DNA from: Mycobacterium sp.
GTDB taxonomy: Bacteria; Actinomycetota; Actinomycetes; Mycobacteriales; Mycobacteriaceae
NCBI GenBank assembly: GCA_964202555.1
Contig: CAXNJA010000003.1
Coordinates: 847-64,846 of the forward strand
DNA: 64,000 nt
Reading direction: 5' to 3'
Shown here: positions 19,866 to 30,680 of the stretch, piece after piece
How positions within the stretch are numbered: the first letter of the stretch is position 1
Layout of the letters: each line of letters starts with the position of its first letter
The notes under the pieces: generated by a model
The model's input: the letters and a program-made list of their open reading frames with translations, nothing else
Database searches by the model: none
Told to the model about the DNA's origin: nothing
Made by a program: the position numbers and the translations under genes

Positions 19866-21103
19866 TGTTCGCGCTCGGAATCGTGCTGTTCGCGCTCGCC
19901 ATCCTGGTGTCGGTGGCGTTGCACGAGTGTGGCCACATGTGGGTGGCCCGGGCCACCGGGATGAAGGTGCGCCGCTACTTCGTCGGTTTCGGCCCGACGC
20001 TGTGGTCCACCCGACGGCCCAACAAACTGGGCTCCACCGAATACGGCATCAAGGCCGTGCCACTGGGCGGGTTCTGCGATATCGCCGGGATGACCGCCAT
20101 CGAGGACCTGCCCGCCGAAGACCAGCCGTACGCGATGTACAAGCAGAAGACCTGGAAGCGAGTGGCCGTGCTGTTCGCCGGCCCAGCGATGAACTTCATC
20201 ATCGGCCTGGTGTTGATCTACTCCATCGCCGTGGTGTGGGGACTGCCCAACCTGCGTCCACCGACCACCGCGGTGGTCGGTGACACCACCTGTGTCAAGG
20301 CCGAAGTGACCCGGGGTGAACTCGGTGACTGCCAGGGATCCGGGCCGGCGGCGGCCGCCGGAATCAAGCCCGGTGATGTCGTGGTCAAGGTGGGCTCGGC
20401 TGAGGTCGCCACCTTCGCCGAGATGGTGGTCGCGGTGCAGAAGGCCAATGGGCCGACACCGTTCGTCGTGCAGCGCACCACCGATGGCGTGACCAGCACC
20501 GTCGACACCGTCGTCGACGTCAGCACCACCAAACGGTGGGTCCCGCCGACTGGTGGCGGCGAGGCCACCGGCCCGTCGGACGTCGGTGCCATCGGCGTCA
20601 CCGCCGCGCAGTTCGGTCCCACCCAGCACAACCCCCTCTCGGCGGTACCGGCGACGTTCGCGTTCACCGGCGACCTGGCTGTCGAGATCGCCAAATCGCT
20701 GGCGAAAATCCCCTCCAAGGTCGGCGCCCTGGTGCATGCGATCGGAGGTGGGGAACGTGATCCGGAGACCCCGATCAGCGTCGTCGGCGCCAGCATCATC
20801 GGCGGTGACACCGTCGACGCCGGGCTGTGGGTGGCCTTCTGGTTCTTCCTCGCCCAACTGAACTTCGTGCTCGGCGCCATCAACCTGGTGCCGTTGCTTC
20901 CGTTCGACGGCGGCCACATCGCGGTCGCCGTCTACGAAAAGTTGCGCAACATGGTTCGCGCTGCCCGCGGGCTCGTTCCGGGCGGCCCGGTGGACTACGG
21001 GAAGCTGATGCCCGCCACCTACGTGATCCTCGTCGTTGTGGTCGGCTACATGGCACTTACCGTCACCGCGGACCTGGTGAACCCAATCCGCCTGTTCCAG
21101 TAG
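19862..21103 (+). CDS. rip1: Site-2 protease (RseP/Rip1 zinc metalloprotease, PDZ-containing)
   Basis: HECGHMWVA (HExxH) in TM1, a central PDZ-like region, and C-terminal [12 protein letters not shown] (LDG motif). ATGA overlap with the dxr stop. Confidence 0.9.
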   Translation: MMFALGIVLFALAILVSVALHECGHMWVARATGMKVRRYFVGFGPTLWSTRRPNKLGSTEYGIKAVPLGGFCDIAGMTAIEDLPAEDQPYAMYKQKTWKRVAVLFAGPAMNFIIGLVLIYSIAVVWGLPNLRPPTTAVVGDTTCVKAEVTRGELGDCQGSGPAAAAGIKPGDVVVKVGSAEVATFAEMVVAVQKANGPTPFVVQRTTDGVTSTVDTVVDVSTTKRWVPPTGGGEATGPSDVGAIGVTAAQFGPTQHNPLSAVPATFAFTGDLAVEIAKSLAKIPSKVGALVHAIGGGERDPETPISVVGASIIGGDTVDAGLWVAFWFFLAQLNFVLGAINLVPLLPFDGGHIAVAVYEKLRNMVRAARGLVPGGPVDYGKLMPATYVILVVVVGYMALTVTADLVNPIRLFQ

Positions 21104-21114
21104 GAGATTCGCTG

Positions 21115-22284
21115 ATGTCTGTTGGTTTGGGCATGCCGCCCGCCCCGCCCCCGGTGCTCGCCCCGCGGCGCAAGACCCGCCAGATCAAACTCCGTGACGT
21201 CGGAGTGGGCAGCGACTTTCCGATCTCGGTTCAGTCGATGTGCACCACCAAGACCCACGACATCAATTCCACCCTCCAGCAGATCGCCGAACTGACCACC
21301 TCGGGGTGCGACATCGTCCGGGTGGCCTGCCCGCGCCAGGAGGACGCCGACGCACTGGCTGTCATCGCCAAGAAGAGCCAGATCCCGGTCATCGCCGACA
21401 TCCACTTCCAGCCCAAGTACATCTTCGCCGCCATCGACGCCGGATGCGCCGCCGTACGGGTCAACCCCGGCAACATCAAGGAGTTTGACGGCCGGGTGGG
21501 CGAAGTCGCCAAAGCCGCGGGTGCGGCCGGAATCCCGATCCGAATCGGCGTGAATGCCGGGTCCTTGGACAAGCGGTTTTTGGAGAAGTACGGCAAGGCC
21601 ACCCCGGAGGCACTGGTGGAGTCGGCACTCTGGGAGGCCGCGCTGTTCGAGGAGCACGGTTTCGGTGACATCAAGATCAGCGTCAAGCACAACGATCCGG
21701 TCGTCATGGTGGCGGCCTACCGGTTGCTGGCCGAAAAGTGTGACTATCCCTTGCATCTCGGGGTGACCGAGGCCGGGCCGGCGTTCCAGGGCACCATCAA
21801 GTCGGCGGTCGCGTTCGGCGCGCTGCTCGCGCAAGGCATCGGCGACACCATCCGGGTGTCGCTGTCGGCGCCGCCAGTCGAGGAAGTCAAGGTCGGCAAT
21901 CAGATCCTGGAGTCGCTGAACCTGCGGCCACGCGGATTGGAGATTGTGTCGTGCCCGTCTTGCGGGCGGGCGCAGGTCGACGTCTACACCCTGGCCAATG
22001 AGGTCACCGCCGGGCTGGAAGGCCTCGACGTTCCGCTTCGGGTGGCGGTCATGGGCTGTGTCGTCAACGGCCCGGGGGAGGCCCGCGAGGCCGACCTCGG
22101 GGTCGCATCCGGAAACGGCAAGGGTCAGATCTTCGTCAGGGGTGAGGTGATCAAAACCGTTCCGGAGGCCAAGATCGTCGAGACGCTTATCGAAGAGGCG
22201 CTTCGGCTGGCCTCCGAAATGAAGGACGACGAACACGGCACCGATGCGGCTACCGGTGGTTCACCGGTCGTCACCGTAAGCTGA
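21115..22284 (+). CDS. ispG: 4-hydroxy-3-methylbut-2-enyl diphosphate synthase
   Basis: [44 protein letters not shown] motifs. ATG 21115 follows taggag. The ORF-track start at 20827 overlaps rip1. Confidence 0.95.
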   Translation: MSVGLGMPPAPPPVLAPRRKTRQIKLRDVGVGSDFPISVQSMCTTKTHDINSTLQQIAELTTSGCDIVRVACPRQEDADALAVIAKKSQIPVIADIHFQPKYIFAAIDAGCAAVRVNPGNIKEFDGRVGEVAKAAGAAGIPIRIGVNAGSLDKRFLEKYGKATPEALVESALWEAALFEEHGFGDIKISVKHNDPVVMVAAYRLLAEKCDYPLHLGVTEAGPAFQGTIKSAVAFGALLAQGIGDTIRVSLSAPPVEEVKVGNQILESLNLRPRGLEIVSCPSCGRAQVDVYTLANEVTAGLEGLDVPLRVAVMGCVVNGPGEAREADLGVASGNGKGQIFVRGEVIKTVPEAKIVETLIEEALRLASEMKDDEHGTDAATGGSPVVTVS

Positions 22285-22343
22285 CGGGGTAACCCGGCCG
22301 CGGACTCGAAACCGCAGCCGGATCACCCGCAGAAAGAACGGCT

Positions 22344-23198
22344 ATGTCGGCTCCGTCTCTGTCCCGCACTGTCGCCGGGCGGCAAGTGTTGGTGACCCGG
22401 GACGCCGACGCGGTTTCCCGGGTGCTGGCCGACGATCCCGTGGGTTCCTGCATGGTCGCTGCGCGGGTCAGCGACCACGGGGTGGATCCCGTCGCCATCG
22501 GGGGAGAGTTGTGGACCCGCCACCGGGTCGCCGACGCGCTGTGTTACGCGGGTGCCAATCTGATTCCGCTGCGAGGTACGCCGGCTGACCTGCGGGCGTT
22601 CGCCGAGCAGGCGTTGACCACGCCGCGACGGTGTTCCTCGGTAGTCGGCCGGGCCGAACTGGTCCTGCCGATGTGGGGGTGGTTGGAACAAGGCTGGGGT
22701 CCGGCGCGTGACGTCCGGGATCGCCAGCCGCTGATGGCGTTGCGGTCACGACCGCGGTCGGTGCTCGACCGGGGGGTGCGACGGGTTCGGGTCGAGGAGT
22801 TGGACGCTTACCTCGTGGCCGCGGTCGACATGTTCATCGGTGAGGTCGGTACAGACCCCCGTGCCGGCGACGGCGGGCGCGGCTACCGACGCCGGGTGGC
22901 CAATCTCATCGCCGCCGGGCGGGCGTTCGCCCGGTTCGAACACGGCAAAGTGGTGTTCAAGGCCGAGATCGGCTCGCAGTCCCCGGCGGTCGGGCAGATC
23001 CAGGGTGTGTGGGTACACCCGGAGTGGCGCGGGCGTGGGCTCGGCACGGCCGGAACCGCCGCGGTGGCCGCGGCGATACTGCAGTCCGGACGGATCGCCA
23101 GCCTGTACGTCAACAGCTACAACACCGTCGCGCGGGCCGCTTACGCCCGGGTGGGATTCTGCGAGGTGGGCACCTTCGCCACCGTGCTGCTCGACTGA
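22344..23198 (+). CDS. GNAT-family N-acetyltransferase (two-domain, DUF4081-type)
   Basis: The C-terminal acetyl-CoA site QIQGVWVHPEWRGRGLGTAG is the GNAT motif A. Same position as the GNAT gene after ispG in M. tuberculosis, from memory. Confidence 0.75.
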   Translation: MSAPSLSRTVAGRQVLVTRDADAVSRVLADDPVGSCMVAARVSDHGVDPVAIGGELWTRHRVADALCYAGANLIPLRGTPADLRAFAEQALTTPRRCSSVVGRAELVLPMWGWLEQGWGPARDVRDRQPLMALRSRPRSVLDRGVRRVRVEELDAYLVAAVDMFIGEVGTDPRAGDGGRGYRRRVANLIAAGRAFARFEHGKVVFKAEIGSQSPAVGQIQGVWVHPEWRGRGLGTAGTAAVAAAILQSGRIASLYVNSYNTVARAAYARVGFCEVGTFATVLLD

Positions 23199-23291
23199 CG
23201 CGGGCCCCTCGCCACGTCGCTGCACCCCCCGATGCCGGGCGTTCCGCGCGCCTCCGGCTTTTCTGGTCTCAAACTCGTAACATCAGCCTCA

Positions 23292-25103
23292 ATGGCAACA
23301 TCAGTATCAAAAGTCACAGCACTCACATCCGCGCTGGCGGTGGTAGTCGCCGGTGCACTGTCCGGCTGCACGCCGCGTCAGGAGGGTCCCGCCCCGGCTG
23401 CGGCGCAATTCCTCGCCGACCTCGGCCGCGGCGACACCGGCGGGGCTGCGGCGCGCAGCGACCGGCCCACCGAGGCGCACGCCGCCCTCAACGAGGCCTG
23501 GTCGCGGTTGCAGGCCACCAAGCTGGACGCAACCATCCTCGGGGCCCGCTACACCGAGGACACCGGCAGTGTGAACTACCGCTTCACCTGGGAGCTGCCG
23601 AAGAATCGCACCTGGACCTACGACGGCGTGCTCAACCTGATCCGGGACGAGGGCAAGTGGCAGGTGCGCTGGACCGCCAGCGCCCTGCACCCCCGACTGG
23701 GCGAGAACCAGACCCTGGAATTGCGCGCCGATCCGCCTCAGCGGGCCTCGGTCAACGAGCTGGGCGGCACCGAGGTTCTGGTGCCGGGCAGCCTGTACCG
23801 CTATCAACTCGACGCCACCCGCGCCGCGGGCAACCTGATGGCCACCGCCCGGGTGGTCGCCGACGTGCTGCGCCCGTTCGACGACACCCTTCACCCACAG
23901 CGGCTCGCCGAACTAGCCAGCTCATCAGCCGGCCCGCTGGATCTGATCACTCTGCGGCCCTCCGACCACGACAAGGTGGCGCCGGTGCTCGACGCCCTGC
24001 CGGGTGTGGTCGTCACCCCGCAGGCCGAAATGCTGCCCACCGACCGCGGTTTCGCGCCCGCCGTGGTCAATGAGGTCAAGAAAGCCGTCGCCGACGAGTT
24101 GGACGGCGAGTCGGGCTGGCGGGTCGTCAGCGTCAACCACAACAGCGCCGACGTGGACGTTCTCACCGAGGTCGCGCCCAAGCCCGCCCCGGCGGTGTCA
24201 CTCACGCTGGACCGGCTGGTTCAGAACGCCGCCCAGCACGCGGTGGACTCCCAGTGGCGCAAGGCGATGCTGGTCGTCATCAAACCCTCCACCGGCGAGA
24301 TCCTCGCGGTCGCCCAGAACGATGCCGCCGACGCCGACGGCCCAGCCGCCACGACCGGCCTGTACCCCCCCGGTTCGACGTTCAAGATCGTCACCGCCGG
24401 CGCGGCCATGACGGCCGATATGGCAACTCCCAACACCCTGCTGGGCTGCCCCGGCGAAATCGAGATCGGGCACCGGGTCATCCCGAACTACGACAGGTTC
24501 GACCTCGGGGTGGTGCCGCTGGCCAAGGCGTTCGCCAACTCCTGCAACACCACCTTCGCCGAACTGGCCAGCCGGATGGCCCCGACGGCGCTGACGGTGG
24601 CGGCCGCCCAGTATGGGATCGGCCCGGACTACACCATCGAGGGTCTGACCACCGTCACCGGGACGGTGCCGCCGACGGTGGACCTGACCGAGATCACCGA
24701 AGACGGGTTCGGCCAGGGCCGGGTGCTGGTCACCCCGTTCGGGATGGCGCTGGCGGCGGCCACCGTGGCGGCCGGCCGGACCCCGACACCGTTTTTGATC
24801 GCGGGCCGTCCCACCCTCGAGGCCGGCGCGCACCCGCCGGCCGATCCCGCCGTCCTCGACGGGCTTCGGTCGATGATGCGCCTGGTTGTGACCAACGGCA
24901 CAGCCAAGGAGATCGACGGGTTCGGGGAGGTCTACGGCAAGACCGGGGAGGCGGAGTTCCAGGGCGGATCGCACGCCTGGTTCACCGGCTATCGCGGCGA
25001 TCTGGCCTTCTCCGGCCTCATCGTCGGCGGGGGCAGTTCGTCCTACGCGGTGCGGATGGTGCGCCAGATGCTGGAGGAACTCCCGCCGGACTTCTTGGCC
25101 TAG
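23292..25103 (+). CDS. Penicillin-binding lipoprotein (class B-like transpeptidase with NTF2-like N-domain)
   Basis: Lipobox VAGALSGC. Active-site GSTFKIVTAG (SxxK), FANSCNT (SxN) and YGKTGEA (KTG). Start chosen at MATSVSK (ATG 23292). Confidence 0.85.
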   Translation: MATSVSKVTALTSALAVVVAGALSGCTPRQEGPAPAAAQFLADLGRGDTGGAAARSDRPTEAHAALNEAWSRLQATKLDATILGARYTEDTGSVNYRFTWELPKNRTWTYDGVLNLIRDEGKWQVRWTASALHPRLGENQTLELRADPPQRASVNELGGTEVLVPGSLYRYQLDATRAAGNLMATARVVADVLRPFDDTLHPQRLAELASSSAGPLDLITLRPSDHDKVAPVLDALPGVVVTPQAEMLPTDRGFAPAVVNEVKKAVADELDGESGWRVVSVNHNSADVDVLTEVAPKPAPAVSLTLDRLVQNAAQHAVDSQWRKAMLVVIKPSTGEILAVAQNDAADADGPAATTGLYPPGSTFKIVTAGAAMTADMATPNTLLGCPGEIEIGHRVIPNYDRFDLGVVPLAKAFANSCNTTFAELASRMAPTALTVAAAQYGIGPDYTIEGLTTVTGTVPPTVDLTEITEDGFGQGRVLVTPFGMALAAATVAAGRTPTPFLIAGRPTLEAGAHPPADPAVLDGLRSMMRLVVTNGTAKEIDGFGEVYGKTGEAEFQGGSHAWFTGYRGDLAFSGLIVGGGSSSYAVRMVRQMLEELPPDFLA

Positions 25104-25107
25104 GTCG

Positions 25108-25500
25108 TCAGCCGGCGACGATCTCAGCGCCGCGTACGGTGACCGGACGGGCTTTCAGCGGTTCGGTCGCAGGGCCCCGGGCCACTGCGCCGTCGAGTCC
25201 GAATTTGCTTCCGTGGCAGGGGCATTCGATGCCGCCGTCCTTGATCGCCAAAGCGCAGCCCGCGTGGGTGCAGCGGGCGACGAAGCCCTTGAAGACCCCG
25301 GCGCTGGGCTGGGTCACCAGGGTGCCGTCGACGATTTTGGCTTCCCCGACGCCAATTTCGGCGGCAGCTGTGAGCGCCTGTCCGGCGGTCGGAGGCGGGG
25401 ACGGCGGGGCTTGACCGGCCTTTCCGCAGCCGGACAGGGGGGCGGCCAGCGGGGCCAGAGCAGCCCCCATTAACACCGATCGACGCGGCACATCAGACAT
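25108..25500 (-). CDS. Exported Rieske [2Fe-2S] lipoprotein (Tat signal)
   Basis: MSDVPRRSVLMGAALAPLAAPLSGC combines a twin-arginine signal with a lipobox. Rieske ligand motifs CTHAGC ... CPCHGS. The 314-aa ORF-track version is an upstream extension. Confidence 0.85.
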   Translation of the reverse strand: MSDVPRRSVLMGAALAPLAAPLSGCGKAGQAPPSPPPTAGQALTAAAEIGVGEAKIVDGTLVTQPSAGVFKGFVARCTHAGCALAIKDGGIECPCHGSKFGLDGAVARGPATEPLKARPVTVRGAEIVAG

Positions 25501-25579
25501 GCCGGTTGAGCCTAGCGGAGTGACGATGGAGCGGGAGCGGGCAGCAGCGACGCCGGACGCCGGTAAATTAGGAGACGCT

Positions 25580-26218
25580 ATGACTGACATTGAGAGCAGG
25601 CACGACGCCGGCTTCGAGACCAGGGCCGTCGTCCGGTACGACGGCCCACCGACCATGCGGGTCTCCGACGCCGACCGCAATGGGACCCTGCGGCGGCTGC
25701 ACAACGCCGTTGCGCTGGGACTGATCGACATCGGGGAGTTCGAGGAGCGCTCGGCGCAGGTCTCACTGGCGCGCCAGCCCGGCGAACTGGAGTCGCTGGT
25801 GGAGGACCTGCCCAGGGATGGCGCGATCGCGTCGTCCGCAGCCGATCGGCTGGAGTTACGCGGTTGGATGGGGTCGCTGCGCCGCAACGGCGAGTGGACT
25901 GTTCCGACCCGACTGTCCCTGGTCCGCCGGATAGGCTCCGTCGACCTCGACCTCAGCACCGCCCGATTCGCAGGACCGGTTGTGGTCATCGAGTTGGACA
26001 TGATCCGCGGATCGCTGGACCTTCGCCTGCCCGACGGCGCCAGCGCCTCCATCGACGACGTGACCGTCTACGGCGGTAGCGCCCGTGACCGCCGCAAGCA
26101 CCCGCCCGCCGACGGTAAGCCGCACGTGGTGATCGCCGGGCGGGTGGTGCTGGGGTCGGTGACCATCCGCGGACCCAAGCGGCAGGGGCCGATGTTGCCG
26201 GTGTTGCGGCGCCGCTGA
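25580..26218 (+). CDS. DUF1707-domain protein (SHOCT-like N-terminus)
   Basis: [36 protein letters not shown] is the DUF1707 signature seen in many actinobacterial membrane-stress proteins. Start at ATG 25580 follows taggag. Confidence 0.65.
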   Translation: MTDIESRHDAGFETRAVVRYDGPPTMRVSDADRNGTLRRLHNAVALGLIDIGEFEERSAQVSLARQPGELESLVEDLPRDGAIASSAADRLELRGWMGSLRRNGEWTVPTRLSLVRRIGSVDLDLSTARFAGPVVVIELDMIRGSLDLRLPDGASASIDDVTVYGGSARDRRKHPPADGKPHVVIAGRVVLGSVTIRGPKRQGPMLPVLRRR

Positions 26219-26219
26219 C

Positions 26220-27077
26220 ATGGCAGTCCGCAGCGACCTGAGCGCCGGAATGGTCTCACCGACCCTGCCGGTGCCCAAGTCGATCGAGCGACCCGAGTAC
26301 GTCGGCCGCGACGAGGTCGCCGAGGGCAGCGAGCCGTGGGTTCAGAGCAGCGAAGTCATCGAGAAGATGCGCATCGCCGGCCGCATCGCGGCTCAGGCGC
26401 TTGCCGAGGCCGGCAAGGCCGTTGCGCCCGGTGTGACCACCAACGAACTGGACCGCATCGCCCACGACTACATGGTCGACCACGGCGCCTACCCGTCCAC
26501 CCTGGGCTACAGGGGGTTTCCGAAGTCCTGCTGCACCTCGCTGAATGAGATCATCTGCCACGGCATCCCGGACTCCACGGTCATCGCCGACGGCGACATC
26601 GTCAACATCGACGTCACTGCCTACATCCACGGGGTGCACGGCGACACCAACGCCACCTTCCTCGCCGGTGATGTCGACGAGGAGCATCGTCTGCTCGTCG
26701 AGCGCACCCGGGAAGCCACCATGCGGGCGATCAAGGCGGTCAAGCCCGGCCGCGCGCTGTCGGTCGTCGGCCGGGTCATCGAGTCGTACGCAAACCGGTT
26801 CGGCTACAACGTTGTTCGCGATTTCACCGGCCACGGCATAGGCACCACATTCCACAACGGGTTGGTCGTTTTGCACTACGACCAACCCGACGTGGAAACC
26901 GTGCTCGAACCCGGGATGACGTTCACCATCGAGCCGATGATCAACCTGGGTTCGCTGGACTACGAAATCTGGCCGGACGGTTGGACGGTGGCCACCAGAG
27001 ATCGGAAGTGGACGGCCCAGTTCGAGCACACCATCGTGGTGACCGACGACGGTGCCGAGATCCTGACCTTGCCGTGA
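26220..27077 (+). CDS. map: Methionine aminopeptidase type I
   Basis: [42 protein letters not shown] metal-ligand blocks. Confidence 0.95.
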   Translation: MAVRSDLSAGMVSPTLPVPKSIERPEYVGRDEVAEGSEPWVQSSEVIEKMRIAGRIAAQALAEAGKAVAPGVTTNELDRIAHDYMVDHGAYPSTLGYRGFPKSCCTSLNEIICHGIPDSTVIADGDIVNIDVTAYIHGVHGDTNATFLAGDVDEEHRLLVERTREATMRAIKAVKPGRALSVVGRVIESYANRFGYNVVRDFTGHGIGTTFHNGLVVLHYDQPDVETVLEPGMTFTIEPMINLGSLDYEIWPDGWTVATRDRKWTAQFEHTIVVTDDGAEILTLP

Positions 27078-28618
27078 GGGGCGCACTGCTGGTCGCCGGA
27101 ACCACCTCCGACGCCGGCAAGTCGATGGTCGTCGCCGGACTGTGCCGGCTGCTGGCCCGCAACGGAGTCCGGGTGGCACCGTTCAAAGCGCAGAACATGA
27201 GCAACAACTCGGTTGTCGCCGTCGACGGGGATGGGGCCGCGGACGGGCTCAGCGGCGAGATCGGCCGGGCCCAGGCCATGCAGGCCCGTGCCGCCGGACT
27301 GGCGCCGAGCGTCCGATTCAACCCGATCCTGCTCAAGCCGGGCAGCGACCGCACCTCCCAACTGGTGGTGCGCGGTAGGGCGGTTGGCACCGTCGGTGCG
27401 CGGGACTACATCACCCACCGGGACCGATTGGCCGGAGTGATCGCCGAGGACCTCGCGAGTCTACGGGCCGAATTCGATGTGGTGTTGTGTGAAGGCGCGG
27501 GCTCACCGGCTGAAATCAACTTGCGCCCAACGGATCTGGCGAACATGGGTTTGGCCCGTTCGGCCAACTTGCCCGTGGTCGTGGTCGGCGACATCGACCG
27601 CGGCGGGGTGCTGGCACACCTGTTCGGCACCGTGGCGGTGCTCGCACCGGAGGACCAGGCCCTCATCGCGGGCTTCATCGTCAACAAGTTTCGCGGCGAC
27701 CCGGCGTTGCTTGCCCCCGGGCTTGATCAGCTCACCGCACTCACCGGCCGCCCCACCTACGGAGTACTGCCCTACAGCGACCAGTTGTGGATGGAGGCTG
27801 AAGACTCGCTGTCGACGATCGCCGGTGAGGTGGTGGGCCGACCATCCCCGCCGCACGGAAGCCAATGGTTGAAGGTGGCCGCAGTCCGGCTGCCGCGTAT
27901 TTCCAACACCACCGATGTGGAAGCCCTGGCCTGCGAGCCCGGAGTGGCGGTGCGCTGGATCACCGAGGCCGCCGGTGTCGGCGACGCCGACGTGGTAGTG
28001 CTGCCCGGCAGCAAGTCCACCGTGGACGACCTCGAGTGGCTGACCGACCGCGGACTGGCCGACGCGCTGGTCGCACACGGCCGCCGCGGCCGGGTGCTGC
28101 TCGGTATCTGCGGCGGACTGCAGATGCTGTGCCGGCAGATCGATGACGAGGTGGAGAGCGGCCGGGGGACTGTGGCCGGCCTGGGTCTGCTCGACGCCGA
28201 CATCGCCTTCGCCGCTGACAAGACGTTGCGACGCTGGGACGGGCCGCTGGCGGGTTACGAGATCCACCACGGCCAGCTGATCCGCTGCGCCGAGGAACCC
28301 TGGTTCGAGGTGGACGGCGCCACCCAGGGTTACGTCGGCGGTGGTGGGTACGGCAACGTTTTCGCCACCCACTGGCATGGTCTGCTGGACAACGACGACT
28401 TCCGCCGGGCGTGGCTGACTCAGGCCGCCGAGATCGCCGGGGTCAGTGGGTTCCGGGTGGCACCGGATGTCAGCGTCGCCGGGCGCCGCGACGCGCAGCT
28501 GGACCTGATGGCCGACCTGCTGGCGGACAACCTCGATCTCGATGCGGTCCTGGCGCTGCTGGACGGACCGCCCACCGTCGCGCCGGTGATCCGCAGCACC
28601 CTCGGTGGCCTACCCTGA
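27074..28618 (+). CDS. cobQ: Cobyric acid synthase
   Basis: [37 protein letters not shown]-terminal CobQ/DTBS-like domain and C-terminal GATase ICGGLQMLC...HG. GTGA overlap with the map stop. Confidence 0.9.
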   Translation: MRGALLVAGTTSDAGKSMVVAGLCRLLARNGVRVAPFKAQNMSNNSVVAVDGDGAADGLSGEIGRAQAMQARAAGLAPSVRFNPILLKPGSDRTSQLVVRGRAVGTVGARDYITHRDRLAGVIAEDLASLRAEFDVVLCEGAGSPAEINLRPTDLANMGLARSANLPVVVVGDIDRGGVLAHLFGTVAVLAPEDQALIAGFIVNKFRGDPALLAPGLDQLTALTGRPTYGVLPYSDQLWMEAEDSLSTIAGEVVGRPSPPHGSQWLKVAAVRLPRISNTTDVEALACEPGVAVRWITEAAGVGDADVVVLPGSKSTVDDLEWLTDRGLADALVAHGRRGRVLLGICGGLQMLCRQIDDEVESGRGTVAGLGLLDADIAFAADKTLRRWDGPLAGYEIHHGQLIRCAEEPWFEVDGATQGYVGGGGYGNVFATHWHGLLDNDDFRRAWLTQAAEIAGVSGFRVAPDVSVAGRRDAQLDLMADLLADNLDLDAVLALLDGPPTVAPVIRSTLGGLP

Positions 28619-28623
28619 TCGCC

Positions 28624-29298
28624 ATGGTGGGACGCAGGGCGATGGCGTTGGCCCTCACCGTGACGGCGCTGTCCGGTTGTGCCGCAACCGTCGACGGGAC
28701 CGCAACCTGGCCGGGAGCGGTCTTGGGGCAGGCGCTGTTGACGGAATCCGATTTTCCGGCCGGGGTGCAGTACGGCCGCATCCCCGATCAGCCGGGCCAA
28801 CCCGACGGGGCCGACGGTCCGGGGTCGATGCTGTCGAGGCCACAGGGCTGCGCCAATGCCCTGACCACTGTGATCAAGCAGTCCGCCGAGCAATCCGGAA
28901 TGCTCGGGCCGGGAAGCGCGGCCAAGTATGCGGTGTCCTACGACGGTGCCCGCATCGTCATGACGCTGCTGTCCTGGAATCTCGATCTGGATGCGCTCAA
29001 CGCGGCCGCCGACCGCTGCGCGCAGTTCGAGGCCTTCTTCGATCCGGCCTCCGAGGGCATCCCGATGACCACCACCGCGCTGCCCGGCCTGGCCGACGAC
29101 GCGCTGGCCTACCAGCAGACGATGACCCTCGGTAACTCCTCGAGCAGCGTCTACATGGCCTTCCAGAACGTCGATCGGCATGCGGTCTTCGGCGTCGCAT
29201 TCCCGGCTGTCAATCCGGAAATTGACGCGAAAGCCGCACTGCCGCAAACCTTCTTGGATGTCTTCAGCAACCAGGTGAACAAGCTTCAAGCTTCCTGA
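28624..29298 (+). CDS. Putative lipoprotein, function unknown
   Basis: MVGRRAMALALTVTALSGC contains a lipobox. Mature domain of about 200 aa with two Cys. It resembles the small mycobacterial sensor-domain/DUF5642-type lipoproteins, but that family assignment is uncertain. Confidence 0.6.
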   Translation: MVGRRAMALALTVTALSGCAATVDGTATWPGAVLGQALLTESDFPAGVQYGRIPDQPGQPDGADGPGSMLSRPQGCANALTTVIKQSAEQSGMLGPGSAAKYAVSYDGARIVMTLLSWNLDLDALNAAADRCAQFEAFFDPASEGIPMTTTALPGLADDALAYQQTMTLGNSSSSVYMAFQNVDRHAVFGVAFPAVNPEIDAKAALPQTFLDVFSNQVNKLQAS

Positions 29299-29355
29299 GT
29301 TCTCTCTGAGAGGACGCCGGAAACCCTGCATCCGGCCGCGATCGGGCAATAGCGT

Positions 29356-29925
29356 ATGCAGATGCCTGGGACGATGATGACCGTCGACGGGTTCGGTGTG
29401 CCGGTGCGTGTCACCGGGCCGGAGCGGGGGCCCTATGTCGTGCTGCTTGGTGCCGCCCAACATCCACTCGGTGCCTACGATGCGCTGTGCCAACGGTTGC
29501 ATATCGCCGCGGCCCGCACCGTCGTGGTGGGCGCTGATCCTCGCACCAACACCAAAGTTGTCTTGGAGATCCTCGATTCTCTGAACGTGCCGTCCGGGGT
29601 GCTGGTCGGGGACCGTTTTGGAGCGGAGGTGGCCTGGGAGACTGCGGCCGCGCGGCCGGACCGGTTCACCGGCCTGGTGGTCATCGACCGCGGCCACCCG
29701 CGGGTACCCGATCCCAACGGCCTGATCCGCGATCCGGACTGCCCGCCGGTCGAGATCAACACCACCGCCCTGGTCAACAGCCCGGCCACCCGCGCCGTGG
29801 CCAAAGCCAGCCAGCGTTTCGTGTACAGCGACTTCCGGCTCGTCGAGTTCGGCGGCCGCCGCAACCTCGAGGTGGCTACCGCCCAGTTGGCCGCCGAGAT
29901 CGTGCTGCGCAGCAGCACCTGGTAG
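29356..29925 (+). CDS. Short alpha/beta-hydrolase-like protein lacking the nucleophile serine
   Basis: PYVVLLGAAQ .. VLVGDRFGAEVAW aligns by eye with the hhGxSxG elbow but reads G-D-R-F-G. At only 189 aa it would miss the usual acid/His region. Confidence 0.45.
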   Translation: MQMPGTMMTVDGFGVPVRVTGPERGPYVVLLGAAQHPLGAYDALCQRLHIAAARTVVVGADPRTNTKVVLEILDSLNVPSGVLVGDRFGAEVAWETAAARPDRFTGLVVIDRGHPRVPDPNGLIRDPDCPPVEINTTALVNSPATRAVAKASQRFVYSDFRLVEFGGRRNLEVATAQLAAEIVLRSSTW

Positions 29926-29964
29926 GGAACTCCAGCCACTCACCGCCGCCCGGGTCCAATTTTT

Positions 29965-29977
29965 TGACAGTTTGTCA
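29965..29977. promoter_or_regulatory. Inverted repeat TGACA-GTT-TGTCA, overlapping a TTGACA -35-like hexamer; candidate TetR operator
   Basis: Read directly, 24-36 nt upstream of the GTG start of the TetR gene at 30001. Confidence 0.35.
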
Positions 29978-30000
29978 GTTATGCGTACACACTGTCTTCC

Positions 30001-30678
30001 GTGACGCTGTCTTCCGCGGCGAGGGCCACACCCACCAAGAGGGAGCGCACCAGAGACGTCCTGCTGATGGCACTGCAGGAGTTGCTGCTTGATCCCGGGG
30101 CGACGGCTGTCTCTGTCCCGCAGGTGGTCGGCCGGGCCGGGGCAGCGCAGGGCACCTTCTACAACTACTTCGAGTCCCTGTCGGAGGCCATCGACGCCGT
30201 GGGCGCACTGCTCTTGGTCGAGCACATCCGGGTGCTGCGGGTGGTCACATCGGGGGCTGCCGATACGGCTGAGATCGTCGCTCGCTCGGCCCGCCAGACC
30301 CTAATGCTGTTCGTAGACCGGCCCGATGTCGGGCGTCTGATATTCGACTCAGGACTGCCGGTCGACCGGTTCGTCGGCGGCCTGCGCGGCCATCTCCACG
30401 ACGATCTGCAGCTGGGCATTGACCGCGGCGACTTCTCCGTGACCGATTTCGACGTGCCCGATTTCGACATCGCCACCTCCGTCTACACCGGCACGATGCT
30501 GGGCGCCTGTCTGGACCTTCATCGCGGCCGGCTTGCGGCCGATGCCATTCCTGATGTCGTCGGCTATCTACTACGTGCGCTGGGTGTCAACACACGTAAG
30601 GCGCAGCGACTCGTCAGTGCACCACAAGAGTTCGTCCAATGGGCTCCGCTCCCGCTGTCGGCAATCGAGGAGATCTGA
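30001..30678 (+). CDS. TetR-family transcriptional regulator
   Basis: RERTRDVLLMALQELLLDPGATAVSVPQVVGRAGAAQGTFYNYFESLSEAI is the TetR HTH. Confidence 0.8.
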   Translation: MTLSSAARATPTKRERTRDVLLMALQELLLDPGATAVSVPQVVGRAGAAQGTFYNYFESLSEAIDAVGALLLVEHIRVLRVVTSGAADTAEIVARSARQTLMLFVDRPDVGRLIFDSGLPVDRFVGGLRGHLHDDLQLGIDRGDFSVTDFDVPDFDIATSVYTGTMLGACLDLHRGRLAADAIPDVVGYLLRALGVNTRKAQRLVSAPQEFVQWAPLPLSAIEEI

Positions 30679-30680
30679 CC

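Noticed and set aside
19370-20917. 515-aa minus-strand ORF antisense to dxr 3' end and rip1
   Set aside because: It overlaps two conserved genes with strong motif support and has no recognisable domain.
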